Source of the DNA: a candidate division FCPU426 bacterium
GTDB lineage: Bacteria > Oederibacteriota > Muellerivitia > Muellerivitales > Muellerivitaceae
DNA: 64,000 bases
Direction: 5' to 3'
NCBI GenBank assembly: GCA_963847625.1
Contig: CAWKAR010000013.1
Location: 64,001-128,000 of the forward strand
Position numbers and translations under genes: made by a program. The notes beneath the pieces were generated by a model. The model ran no database searches, was not told where the DNA came from, and saw only the letters and a program-made list of their open reading frames with translations. Positions 1 to 9,745 of this stretch are shown here, piece by piece. Position 1 is the first letter of the stretch, and each line of letters opens with the position of its first letter.

Positions 1-256
1 TGTCCAATTCGTTGACCGGTATGGCTTGCCGGTAAACTAAAATCATGTCCTCCTCGCCCAAACCGCGAATATCCTCAAAATCGAAAAGGCCTTTACTTTC
101 AATCTTTCCATCGTCTGAAAGCCAGGGAAGGTTTTCCAAAAGATGGTTCGGGGGTAATACGGAATCCGTCACCTGATTCTGGCCCCAAGCAAGGCTTGCC
201 AGGAGTAAAAAAGGAAAAGTAAAAAAGGAAAATCTTTTCAAGAGACCATAACCCAT
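1..256 (-). CDS. Secreted hypothetical protein, N-terminal part only (runs off the window start)
   Basis: Manual translation from ATG 256, preceded by GGAGG: MGYGLLKRFSFFTFPFLLLASLAWGQNQ..., a signal-peptide-like N-terminus; open to position 1. Confidence 0.6.
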   Translation of the reverse strand, partial: MGYGLLKRFSFFTFPFLLLASLAWGQNQVTDSVLPPNHLLENLPWLSDDGKIESKGLFDFEDIRGLGEEDMILVYRQAIPVNELD

Positions 257-423
257 AAAGCCTCCAACCGATAAATTTGGAAAATTAACTTGAAAATCAA
301 ATTTTATTGTCAAAATCACCGTTAAGTTTTCAATCACTTATTACCATGAAAATCTAGACCCAAATAAGAAAATTTGAAAACGAATCACTTTACATGTACC
401 GAGTATACAAAGTTTAGAAAATT

Positions 424-1428
424 TTATGGTTGTAACCAACCATTTTCTAAATAAAACCGCGCGGTGTCCACAATACCCTTCCTGATATCGATTCGTGGTG
501 TGAAGGATAATTCGCGCCGAATTTTACGATTACTACAAACCCACCCGGGAGCTGCGGCTTCCTTAACCTTGTCTTTGCTGACGATCGGCGGCAACAAGGG
601 CTTGCCAGTCCAAGAAGCCGCCCAATCTCCCAACGAGGCCACTATTCTAACGATTCCGAGGGGAACATTGAATGTTTTATACGTCTTTTTCAAGACATTT
701 CCAATAAGTTGAGCCAACTCATTCCAGCTGATATCTTGACCGTCGGAAACGAAGAAAGTTCGTCCGTTGGCTTTGAGGCTCTGACTCGCGAGCAAGATTG
801 CCTCCACCAGATCTGCCACATGGATGAAACTAACCCTTTGGTTGCCATCGCCCGAGTTCAACACCAATCCCCTGTTAACCATTCTGAAGTACTCGAATAG
901 ATCCGTTTCCCGCTGGCCATAAACGACACCAGGTCTCAAAATCGAAACCTGGAATTTACCGTTGAATGCCTGGACGATTTTTTCCCCTTCTAATTTGGTT
1001 TGCCCGTAAAAGCTGATGGGGCGGCAAGGCATGGTTTCATCGATTTCCGAATTAACCTCGGATGGCCCTGCGGCGGAAAGCGAGCTGATATAAGTCAACC
1101 GCTTGACGGTTCCAGCCTCCGCGGCGGCCCAACAAATATTCCAAGTCCCGGCCACATTTACCTTTCGATAACTCGATAGGTCGGAACCCCTTAAAACCCC
1201 AGCCAAATGGTAGATCGCCCTTACATTCCTGGTGGCCGTTCGGACTGATTCCAAATCCGTCACGTCACCGTAGCATAATTCCATTCCCGGAAGAAGTTGA
1301 AAAGGAAGACGACTCGTAGTGCGTACTAGAAGTTTTATTTTAATCTTTTGCTTGGCTAGGGTTTCAGCCAAATGGCTTCCCACAAAACCACTTGCGCCAG
1401 TGATTAAGACCGGAGAAAGAAATTTCAT
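424..1428 (-). CDS. Extended SDR / NAD-dependent epimerase-dehydratase; candidate 3-keto-sphingoid or oxidised-ceramide reductase
   Basis: TGASGFVG Rossmann motif and YGQTK catalytic motif; divergent from the spt-like gene. Specific function inferred from context only. Confidence 0.8.
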   Translation of the reverse strand: MKFLSPVLITGASGFVGSHLAETLAKQKIKIKLLVRTTSRLPFQLLPGMELCYGDVTDLESVRTATRNVRAIYHLAGVLRGSDLSSYRKVNVAGTWNICWAAAEAGTVKRLTYISSLSAAGPSEVNSEIDETMPCRPISFYGQTKLEGEKIVQAFNGKFQVSILRPGVVYGQRETDLFEYFRMVNRGLVLNSGDGNQRVSFIHVADLVEAILLASQSLKANGRTFFVSDGQDISWNELAQLIGNVLKKTYKTFNVPLGIVRIVASLGDWAASWTGKPLLPPIVSKDKVKEAAAPGWVCSNRKIRRELSFTPRIDIRKGIVDTARFYLENGWLQP

Positions 1429-1704
1429 AGTTGCCGGGATTTACTGGCAAAATGTTTGATAAACATAGTTCACCATCCTATAATAACCCGGCCTTCAGCA
1501 ACAACATTTGCATGATCTTCATCCCGCTTGAATTCCCCCAGGGATTGGGGCATCGGGCCGTTAATGAGGTGTCGAGCTTTTTGGGGCCTTAAAACAGCAA
1601 ATTCGCTGCCATTCTCAATAGGTTCTTCCAAATTCGGTGGCTGTTTAAGACGAAATGAATCAAAAACAGAAGCCGCGGATAAAACTTTTTTAACATGAGG
1701 ATTT

Positions 1705-2883
1705 ATGGATATCTTTGACAAAGCTAATAGTTGGACAGCCGCAGACGAGGTTAGAAAAGCTGGTGTCTATCCATATTTTCGTCCTAATACCTCCAGCCTT
1801 GGCACCGAGGTGACCATCGGGGGCAAGAAGATGATCATGGTGGGTTCCAACAACTACCTGGGTCTGGTCACCCACCCCGAGGTGCTCGAAGCAATGGTCC
1901 AGGCCATTCGGAAATACGGTTCGGCTTGCACGGGTTCCCCCTTTTTGAACGGCACCTTGGATATCCGCGTGGAGTTGGAAAAAAAGCTCGCCGAATTTGT
2001 GCACATGGAGGAAGCCCTGGTTTATTCCACGGGTTTCCAGGCCAATCTAGGGGTTCTTTCCACCATTGCCGCCCGCGGCGATTTCATCCTTTCCGACCGG
2101 GATAACCATGCCAGTATCGTGGACGGCTGCAAGATTTCCTTCGCCAAAACGGTCAAGTACGCCCACAACGACATGGCCGAGCTGGAACGTATTCTCAAGA
2201 ACCATGCTAAGGACTCCAAGCTCATTGTGACGGATGGCGTGTTTTCCATGGGCGGCGACGTGTGCAACCTGCCCAAGATCGTGGAACTTAAGAAGAAATA
2301 TCACGCGCGTCTCATGGTGGACGAGGCGCACTCCCTCGGTATCTTTGGGCCCCAAGGCGAAGGTACCGGATCCCATTTCAACCTCCAGCACGAAGTGGAC
2401 ATTGTGATGGGCACCTTTTCCAAATCCCTGGTATCCATCGGGGGCTTCATCGCCTCCACCCACAAAGTCATCGACTACCTGAAGCACAACAGCCGGCCCC
2501 TCATTTTCTCAGCGAGCCTCTCGCCCGCCGATACCGCAGCCGTGTTGAAAAGCCTGGAAATCATCAAGCGCGAGCCGGAACGCCGGGAGCGGCTTTGGAA
2601 GATCATTAAACGCATGCGCGAGGCATACAAGGCCATGGGCTGGAACACCCTCAACACCCAGTCGGCCATCATCCCCTTGATGGTGGGCGACAACATGAAA
2701 ACATTCGCCATGACCAAGGAACTGGGCGAAATGGGGGTCTTTGCCACTCCCGTCGTATCCCCCGCGGTTCCTCCCGAGCAAACCTTGATTCGAACCAGCT
2801 ATACCGCCACCCACACCGACCAACAGCTCGACCATGTTCTGGACTGTTTCAAAAAGGTCGGCAAGAAATACAAGGTTATTTGA
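1705..2883 (+). CDS. spt: PLP-dependent alpha-oxoamine synthase, most similar to serine palmitoyltransferase
   Basis: GSNNYLGL, NHASIVDG, DGVFSMGGD, VDEAHS and GTFSKS (PLP lysine); GVYPYFR N-terminus and FLNGTLDI are typical of bacterial SPT; no bio genes nearby. Confidence 0.75.
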   Translation: MDIFDKANSWTAADEVRKAGVYPYFRPNTSSLGTEVTIGGKKMIMVGSNNYLGLVTHPEVLEAMVQAIRKYGSACTGSPFLNGTLDIRVELEKKLAEFVHMEEALVYSTGFQANLGVLSTIAARGDFILSDRDNHASIVDGCKISFAKTVKYAHNDMAELERILKNHAKDSKLIVTDGVFSMGGDVCNLPKIVELKKKYHARLMVDEAHSLGIFGPQGEGTGSHFNLQHEVDIVMGTFSKSLVSIGGFIASTHKVIDYLKHNSRPLIFSASLSPADTAAVLKSLEIIKREPERRERLWKIIKRMREAYKAMGWNTLNTQSAIIPLMVGDNMKTFAMTKELGEMGVFATPVVSPAVPPEQTLIRTSYTATHTDQQLDHVLDCFKKVGKKYKVI

Positions 2884-2899
2884 AGGAGGATCAAATCCC

Positions 2900-4045
2900 A
2901 TGGCGATAACCATAAAAACGGTTGAGAGCAAAAAGGACCTGGAAGTTTTTCTCCATCTGCCATGGAAAATCTACGCTCCCGGGGGAAAACGCGATCCGAA
3001 CTGGGTGCCGCCTTTCCTGCCCGACCACCGAAGCCTGCTGAACCCCAAGATCAATCCCTATCACAAGCACAGCCGCACCAGGCTTTTTGTGGCCTTGAAC
3101 AATCAAGGCGAGCCGGCCGGCCGCATCTCCGCGAGCGTGGACGACAACTTCAACAAGCAATGGAGCGAGAAAACCGGCTTTTTCGGCTGGTTTGAGTGCG
3201 TGAACGATCTTGAAACTGCCAAGGCCCTTTTTACCGAAGCCGAGAAATACATCAAGAGCGAGGGTATGAACTGCGTCCGGGGGCCCGCCAGCTTCACCTC
3301 GAATGACGACTGCTACGGTTTTCTGCTGAAAGGCTACGACAAACCGGCGGTCATGGCCATGACCTATAACCCTCCCTATTACCTGGAACTGGCCGAGAAA
3401 GCCGGCTATGCCAAGGCCAAGGACCTCTATGCCTGGTGGCTCGGAACCGACAAGCCCTTTCCCGAGCGGATCGTGCGCATCGCCGAATATATCATGAAGC
3501 GCGAAAAACTGGTGATCCGGACCCTGAACATGAAGAACTTTTTCAAGGAAGTCATGGCCTTCAAGGACGTCTACAACCAGGCTTGGGAAAAGAACTGGGG
3601 CGCCGTCTCCATGACGGACGACGAACTGAATTACCAGGCCAAGAAGCTCAAGGATATCGTCTGGCCCGATTTCGTTATTTTCGCCGAGGTGGATGGCAAA
3701 ACCGTCGGAGCCTGCCTCTGCACCCCGGATGTGAACCAGGTTCTCATGAAATTAAACGGCGAGCTTTTTTCGCTCAGCGATCCCTTCGCGGTCCTCAAGT
3801 TCCTTTCGGGCATGAAAAAGGTGAACGCGGCCCGGCTGATGGCTTTGGGGGTTATTCCCGAGTACCGTTTGAGGGGCATCGAGGCGGTGCTTTATTACGA
3901 GATCTTCAAGGCCGGCATGAAACGGCATGTGGTCGGCGGCGAGCTTTCCTGGACCCTGGAAGACAACGACATGATCAACAAGGGCATCGCGGCCACCGGA
4001 GCCACTCAATACAAAAGTTTTAGAATTTACGGTAAAAATATATAA
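2900..4045 (+). CDS. YghO-like GNAT N-acyltransferase; candidate bacterial ceramide synthase
   Basis: Start at ATG 2900 after GGAGG; DPNWVPP, GRISA, GFFGWFEC, YNPPYY, LGVIPEYRLRG, ELSWTLEDN motifs; 16 nt downstream of spt. Confidence 0.75.
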   Translation: MAITIKTVESKKDLEVFLHLPWKIYAPGGKRDPNWVPPFLPDHRSLLNPKINPYHKHSRTRLFVALNNQGEPAGRISASVDDNFNKQWSEKTGFFGWFECVNDLETAKALFTEAEKYIKSEGMNCVRGPASFTSNDDCYGFLLKGYDKPAVMAMTYNPPYYLELAEKAGYAKAKDLYAWWLGTDKPFPERIVRIAEYIMKREKLVIRTLNMKNFFKEVMAFKDVYNQAWEKNWGAVSMTDDELNYQAKKLKDIVWPDFVIFAEVDGKTVGACLCTPDVNQVLMKLNGELFSLSDPFAVLKFLSGMKKVNAARLMALGVIPEYRLRGIEAVLYYEIFKAGMKRHVVGGELSWTLEDNDMINKGIAATGATQYKSFRIYGKNI

Positions 4046-4105
4046 CCGTTCATGAGGTCATTGTTATAAGTTCACTTATTAACATCTCTTTACCCTCTTA
4101 CGAAT

Positions 4106-4150
4106 AAAAAAACCCCTTGGAGAAGAATCCTCCAAGGGGTTTTTGTTTTT
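4106..4150. terminator. Bidirectional intrinsic terminator
   Basis: A-tract + CCCCTTGGAG / CTCCAAGGGG stem + T-tract between convergent genes. Confidence 0.8.
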
Positions 4151-4163
4151 CCGGCTTATTCGA

Positions 4164-4754
4164 TCAGTTGGTACCCTTTAAGGCTTTGATGAACTGGGAA
4201 AGCAGGGCATTGTTCGGATTCAAGGACAAGGCTTTTTCATATGCGGCTAAGGCTTGATCCTTCTGCCCCAAGTAATAGTAGCAAGTTCCCATCCCTTGGT
4301 AAGCCGCGACTGAATTCGGGTCGTCGTTGGCGGCGGCCTGGTAATATTGAAGGGCGCTTTTGTAATCCTTGTTGGCGAGGGATTGGCCCCCCATCGCCAA
4401 GGCGTTGGAAGGAGCGGCAGCCGGTTGGGAAGCGGTCTGGGTCCCCGACGGGGCAAATACTTTCACGGTCTGCCCTGAAACGGTGACGATGCCCGTGATC
4501 ATGTTGAGGATTTCATCCAGGAAGGATGCTTGGGACTGGATCGTATAATTCGTCAATCCCTTGCTTTTGGCAATTTGCCCGCCATCCACGTTGTTGAGCG
4601 GGACCAACCCCCACAGGATATACCACTGTCTTTCGCTTGCGACTTCATTTCCGTCCGTACCGCCGGTTCCAACAGTGTGATTCAGGGTGGAGCAACCCGA
4701 AAGCCACAATACTGAAAATAGAGTGAAAATCAGGCAAGCCGTTGCTTTTTTCAT
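4164..4754 (-). CDS. Lipoprotein with Bor-like domain and C-terminal TPR repeats
   Basis: MKK...LSGC lipobox; QWYILWGLVP Bor-like segment; AYQGMGTCYYYLGQKDQALAAYEKALSLNP TPR. Confidence 0.7.
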   Translation of the reverse strand: MKKATACLIFTLFSVLWLSGCSTLNHTVGTGGTDGNEVASERQWYILWGLVPLNNVDGGQIAKSKGLTNYTIQSQASFLDEILNMITGIVTVSGQTVKVFAPSGTQTASQPAAAPSNALAMGGQSLANKDYKSALQYYQAAANDDPNSVAAYQGMGTCYYYLGQKDQALAAYEKALSLNPNNALLSQFIKALKGTN

Positions 4755-4871
4755 GGTATTCCTTCCCTTCTGGATTAATGACAAATCAAGGATGGATTTT
4801 ACCACAAGGAAATTCAGCCGAGTCACATAAAGAATGAATCATGTCGAATTGGGCCAAATACTCAATCCGGG

Positions 4872-6959
4872 CTAACAACTAGCCAAAACTACCACGGACC
4901 TGGGCTGGACCTGGCAGTTCAAAGAGATCAAGGCCGGGGCAACGCTCAGGTCCAAAAGATCCATCGGGCTAGGCGCTCCTGTATCAACGACTTTCTTCCA
5001 ATCCCCGGCTTTTCCCTGTTGGATTTGAAAATTCAACGGGTTCCACCAAGCGTTAACCATCATATAGAGGTCCAGGTCGTTCAACGAACCTCCTTTCAGG
5101 CAAAAAGCGAAACTGTGGGAATCCGGGGAAATATCCGTCTGAGCGCCTACTCCATACCAAGCCACATCCTCACCCCAAAAAGTGGAACGGCATAGGGAGG
5201 GATGGGACTTTCGGAAAGCCACCATCTTGGAGAAAAAGCGGAAAACATCCTCATTCACTTTCAGCCGGTTCCAATCCAACCAAGTCAAAAAGCTGTCGAT
5301 GTTATAGGGGTTCGCGTCGCCCAATTGGGTTTGAAGAAACTCATCTCCCGCCCGGAACATGGGCGTGCCGTTGGAAAGCAGCAGCAGGGTGATGAAATTT
5401 TTTACCTGCTGTTTGCGAAGCGCCAATACCGCCGGGGCCGCTCCCGCGTCACCCTCCCATCCGCAATTCCAACTTTGCTGGTCCTCGCGGCTGTAGGCCG
5501 TCAGGTCATATAGAGTCGGGCCGTCGTGTGAGGAAATGTAATTCAGGCTCTGGTACGCCCGGTAAGAAAAGGGAAGTTCGTCTGGGAAGAAGTCGGAGCT
5601 TCCATACACGCGCGTGAGTATTTCCGCGACCAATCCCCCATCCCCCTTTAAGAACTGGCGTGTTTGCATGCGGAACTGGTCGTTCCATTGGCGCCAATAG
5701 ATACCGGGAAAGCTTCGTTGGGTTGGTTCATTGCCCAGCTCATAATTGCCTTGGGCCCCTCCCTCCCAGGGTTCCGCGATGAGGCGTATGTTATAAAGAT
5801 TGGGCTCCAATGCAATCTCATCGATGATCGGCGGGTCGTCAAAATTCACGCTCCCGTTGGAATTCCGCGAGAAAACCGAAGCCAGGTCGAACCGGAATCC
5901 ATCCACGTGCATTTCCTCAACCCAGTACCGAAGACTGTCGGTAATGAGCCGTTGGACCGCCTGTCTGGAGCAGTTCAAGGTGTTGCCGGTGCCGGTGAAA
6001 TCGGCATAAGGCGCGTCCGGGAAGGGGCCGGTCATGTAATAGGTGTCGTTGTCGATCCCGCGGAAGCTGAAACAGGGGCCGTTTTCGTTTCCCTCGGTCG
6101 TGTGGTTATAAACCACGTCCATGATCACTTCGATGTCCGCCTCGTGGAGGGCCTTGACCATTTGTTTGAACTCCGTGATGGGTTGCCCCGGCTTCTGGCC
6201 GGTGGCGTAGGCGGCGTGGGGCAAGAAAAAGTTAAGGGTCATGTATCCCCAGTAATTGGGCTCCGAAGCGTCGAACTGCTGGACGGGCATCAACTCCACG
6301 GCCGTGATTCCCAGTTCCTTCAGGTAGGGTATCTTTTCGATGACCCCCAAAAAAGTTCCCCGGCGGCCGGGCGCCAACCCCGAGTTGGGATTACGGGTGA
6401 AACCTCCCACGTGCATTTCATAAATCACCAGGTCGTGGTCGTGCCGGGGCCGGGTTTCATTTCCCCAGGCGTATGATTCCTGTCCCTCCAAAAGAACCCC
6501 CAAGGGGGCCCGTCCCACGTTGCTCCCCGCCCCGCAAGCGGCGGTTCTGGAAAAATCCGGGGGGAAAAAAACCTGGTGGGCATAGGGGTCCAGGAGCACC
6601 TTAGCCGGGTTGAAAAAACCCTGTTCAGGGGATTCATCCAGGGAAGAGGGTCCATTGACGGAATAAGCGTAATACTGGGCCCCCTGAAGGGCGGCCTTAG
6701 AGATGCGGGCGTGCCAAATCCGGGAAGTTTTGTTACGCAAGGGGTCGAAGGAATAAGTAAAGACGGGATGGATGAAATCATCCGGTCCATAAGCTAAGAG
6801 GGTGACTTCAGAGGCGTTTTTTGAATAAAGGGCGAAGTTGAAGGATTGGCTATCCGGCAGCCAGGTCGCGCCCAGCGGGGACGCGGAACCTTCCGTTTCC
6901 TCCCAAAGTGCCGTCAGGGGTTTTATGTCCCCAGTCGATTTCGCCGGCCTCTTCGGCAT
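4872..6959 (-). CDS. glgX: Glycogen debranching enzyme / isoamylase (GH13)
   Basis: PLGATW, YWGY, DVVYNHT, DGFRFDLAS, IAEPW, SHDG motifs. Confidence 0.9.
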   Translation of the reverse strand: MPKRPAKSTGDIKPLTALWEETEGSASPLGATWLPDSQSFNFALYSKNASEVTLLAYGPDDFIHPVFTYSFDPLRNKTSRIWHARISKAALQGAQYYAYSVNGPSSLDESPEQGFFNPAKVLLDPYAHQVFFPPDFSRTAACGAGSNVGRAPLGVLLEGQESYAWGNETRPRHDHDLVIYEMHVGGFTRNPNSGLAPGRRGTFLGVIEKIPYLKELGITAVELMPVQQFDASEPNYWGYMTLNFFLPHAAYATGQKPGQPITEFKQMVKALHEADIEVIMDVVYNHTTEGNENGPCFSFRGIDNDTYYMTGPFPDAPYADFTGTGNTLNCSRQAVQRLITDSLRYWVEEMHVDGFRFDLASVFSRNSNGSVNFDDPPIIDEIALEPNLYNIRLIAEPWEGGAQGNYELGNEPTQRSFPGIYWRQWNDQFRMQTRQFLKGDGGLVAEILTRVYGSSDFFPDELPFSYRAYQSLNYISSHDGPTLYDLTAYSREDQQSWNCGWEGDAGAAPAVLALRKQQVKNFITLLLLSNGTPMFRAGDEFLQTQLGDANPYNIDSFLTWLDWNRLKVNEDVFRFFSKMVAFRKSHPSLCRSTFWGEDVAWYGVGAQTDISPDSHSFAFCLKGGSLNDLDLYMMVNAWWNPLNFQIQQGKAGDWKKVVDTGAPSPMDLLDLSVAPALISLNCQVQPRSVVVLASC

Positions 6960-6991
6960 AGTTTCCTCCAAAATTTATTCACAGTGGGGAT

Positions 6992-7045
6992 TGTCATTGC
7001 GACGAGTGGCCGCCGAATAGGCGGCCGTTAACGAGGAAGCAACCC
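6992..7045. repeat. REP-like palindromic element (GTCATTGCGA family)
   Basis: TGTCATTGCGA...GGCCGCC-gaata-GGCGGCC...GAAGCAACC; related element at 63795-63953. Confidence 0.5.
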
Positions 7046-7096
7046 AAGTTTAAATATGATTTAAACTATAACCCCGATTAATATCCAAAAAGTTTT

Positions 7097-7882
7097 TTAT
7101 TTCCGCCGCTTCCCGGTTTTCTTCTTCGTCTTCCGGCGGGCTTTGCGCTTCCCTTTCGGGCGGCCGACTTTTTTCTTTCGGGCGGTTTTGGGCGCGGCCG
7201 GCTTCTTTTCCACCACTTTAGCGGCAGGAGCGACAGCCGCCAAGGCGGCCTTTTCAAAGCGGTCCAAAACCTCCTGCAAAGGTCCCTCGCAGGGAATGCG
7301 TTTCAAGATGCCTTTTTTGTCGTAATAATCGATCAAAGGGGCTGTGTCTTTTTGGTAAACGTTCAGGCGGTTTTCGATTGTGGCCCTTTCGTCGTCCGCC
7401 CTTTGGATGACTTCCCCGCCGCACTTGTCGCAAATCCCTTCCTGTTTCGGGGGGAGCCCGGTGTTGACGTTGTAAGTCGCCCCGCATCCCTTGCAAACCC
7501 GTCGGCCTGTGAGGCGCGTGATCAGGGTGTCCCTTCCCACCTCGACCTTGAGCACTGCGTTCACGGGGCGCCCAAGTTCCTTAAGGATACCCTCCAAGGC
7601 CTCGGCTTGGGGAATGGTCCGGGGAAAACCGTCCAGGATGTAACCCTTCGCCGCATCCGGCTGGTTCAGCCTTTCCTTGACGAGACCGATGACCACGGAA
7701 TCCGGAACCAATTCACCCTTTTTCATGAACTCCTGGGCCTTCAGCCCCAAAGGCGTCCCCGCCTTCACCGCTGCGCGTAGGATGTCACCGGTTGAGACCT
7801 GCGGAATTTGGAACTTCTTGATTAAAACCGAGGAATAGGTTCCTTTGCCAGCCCCTGGTTCCCCTAAAAGTATGAATCTCAT
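7097..7882 (-). CDS. adk: Adenylate kinase (Zn-LID type) with Lys/Arg-rich C-terminal extension
   Basis: GEPGAGKGT P-loop, STGDILR, LDGFPRT, CKGC..CDKC LID domain. Confidence 0.95.
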   Translation of the reverse strand: MRFILLGEPGAGKGTYSSVLIKKFQIPQVSTGDILRAAVKAGTPLGLKAQEFMKKGELVPDSVVIGLVKERLNQPDAAKGYILDGFPRTIPQAEALEGILKELGRPVNAVLKVEVGRDTLITRLTGRRVCKGCGATYNVNTGLPPKQEGICDKCGGEVIQRADDERATIENRLNVYQKDTAPLIDYYDKKGILKRIPCEGPLQEVLDRFEKAALAAVAPAAKVVEKKPAAPKTARKKKVGRPKGKRKARRKTKKKTGKRRK

Positions 7883-8037
7883 GGCCGCCTCCTGATTGTA
7901 TTAGAGTCCCAACCGAGGGCATAGCTTACCCGATAGGTACGATTGGTAATTTGACGAAAATCATAAAAGAAGGAATCCAACTCGGATTCACAGGCTAAAA
8001 AAGCCTTTAAAGAAGCCCATTTCCCGGGCATATCCCA

Positions 8038-8958
8038 TTATTCACAGGAAGCTTTCGCGGGTATCTCGATTTTTCTTGGCATTCGAAGCCTTAAACCCAC
8101 CACCTTCATGGGGCTCTTTGAAAGCCTGATCTTGAGCCGGTCGCCCAATCCGAAAGGCACCACCCGGTTTGAGCCATCCACGAAGATCCGCCCGTCCTTC
8201 ATGTAGGAATAGATTTCCAGGGCTTGGTCCCGGCTCAAAACGCCTTTCACGTGCCTGCGGCGCCCGAATTTCCTTTGGTAAACTTCCCGGACCACGAACT
8301 GGAATTTCTTGGCCGTGACGGGAAGGATTTTTCCGCCCGCCGAGGCGTTGGCGGCCGTGGATCCGGCGGCAGTGCTCACCCAGACGCCGCTGGACATTTG
8401 TTCCTCTGTCTGGGCTCCTATCTTCAACATGTAGCGGGAAGTGCCCGCCGGGCTGAGAGTGCTCACCAACAGGTCATTCAAGACTCTCCAGGGGTGAACT
8501 TTTCCGTTAATAAAAAATTCAATCCGGGGCACTTCCACGGGCGGTAAATCCCCCGCGAGATAAGCCTTCAAAACCGATTGGAAGTTTTTGCAGGTACAAC
8601 AGCTGAAACGCGCGACACTACGTTGGGGGTCCGAATTCACGCCCAGAATGGGGATGGAACGAAGGTAGTGGCATGAATCCAGCAAGGTGCCGTCCCCGCC
8701 GACTGAAATGGCCAAATCAAACCTTTTTTCGGCGTCCTGAAGTTGTTGGAGCTGGTTCCGGTGAAAGAATACGGAGGATATGCCCTCTTTTTTTAGGACT
8801 TCCCGGACTTTTTGGATCGTATCCACATGGCGCTGATGGCTTCCGCAAAGAATTTTCCAGTAACGCCCCTTGCGGAAGTGGTTCGCGAGAGTATCGGTGT
8901 TCTGAATTCTCGAGAAAGCGCTTAGCTTGTAGATGACTAAAATCCTGGGCTTAGGCAT
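8038..8958 (-). CDS. nadK: NAD(+) kinase
   Basis: GGDGT, LND and STAAGSTA..SAGG motifs. Confidence 0.85.
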   Translation of the reverse strand: MPKPRILVIYKLSAFSRIQNTDTLANHFRKGRYWKILCGSHQRHVDTIQKVREVLKKEGISSVFFHRNQLQQLQDAEKRFDLAISVGGDGTLLDSCHYLRSIPILGVNSDPQRSVARFSCCTCKNFQSVLKAYLAGDLPPVEVPRIEFFINGKVHPWRVLNDLLVSTLSPAGTSRYMLKIGAQTEEQMSSGVWVSTAAGSTAANASAGGKILPVTAKKFQFVVREVYQRKFGRRRHVKGVLSRDQALEIYSYMKDGRIFVDGSNRVVPFGLGDRLKIRLSKSPMKVVGLRLRMPRKIEIPAKASCE

Positions 8959-8991
8959 GAAAACCTCATTCGATGAAGATTAACCGCACAC

Positions 8992-9573
8992 CTACCTGAA
9001 AGACGAAAACCCGACCCGGATCATCATAACAGCGTACGCGGCCAAAAGAAGGGCGGCCAGTTTGGAAACCACCTTCGTTCCTGAAACTCCCATCCAACGC
9101 ATCAATAAGTCCGACTGCCTGAATACCAACCAGCTGATGAACAGGTTCAGAATCAGGCTCATTCCGATCTCGAAAAGATTGAATCGGGCCTTCAAGAGAA
9201 TCAGGGTGGCCAATACCGCCGGCCCCACCAATAGGGGAATCCCCAGGGGCACGATGCCCGCCCCGCCCTGGTAGTCATGGGTGAACATCTTCCGGTCCCA
9301 GACAATATCCCTCAAAGCGATCACCAAAACCAATAGCCCGCCCGCCACCTGGAAATCACCTGGCTTCAGGCCCAAAGCGCTTAAAACCATCGGCCCCAAG
9401 GGGATGAACAACAGTCCCACCACCCCGGCCGTGAGGATGGACCCGTCCACGATCTTCCGACGCTTCGGCGAGGAAATGTCGGAGGTCATTTGGATAAAGG
9501 CGGGCAATACCCCTAATGGGTCCATGGCCACAAAAAGGGGCAAAAACAAACTCAAAAAATCCGGAAAAGTCAT
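8992..9573 (-). CDS. MarC family membrane protein
   Basis: LFVAMDPLG, FQVAGGLLV, VPLGIPLLVGPA; six hydrophobic segments. Confidence 0.9.
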   Translation of the reverse strand: MTFPDFLSLFLPLFVAMDPLGVLPAFIQMTSDISSPKRRKIVDGSILTAGVVGLLFIPLGPMVLSALGLKPGDFQVAGGLLVLVIALRDIVWDRKMFTHDYQGGAGIVPLGIPLLVGPAVLATLILLKARFNLFEIGMSLILNLFISWLVFRQSDLLMRWMGVSGTKVVSKLAALLLAAYAVMMIRVGFSSFR

Positions 9574-9745
9574 TAGAAAACACCTCAGAATTGGTTATTG
9601 CGGCTCAAGGATTATAGTCTACAGAAGATGGTTAGGGCAGTCCCGATCCGCAATAGCAACATTGTTTTTGAGAAGATACTATTAAAATTATGGCTCCCCA
9701 GCGTGGACAAAAATATTTATTAATTAATCCATAAGGGTTTATTAG

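Noticed and set aside
1705..2883. bioF or kbl annotation
   Set aside because: No biotin or tdh context; SPT-like motifs and the adjacent GNAT favour spt, though this is not proven
9691..9708. tRNA gene (reverse complement ends GGGGAGCCA)
   Set aside because: Only ~18 nt resemble a tRNA 3' end, with no cloverleaf; better explained as a member of the CTCCCC..TGGACA repeat family
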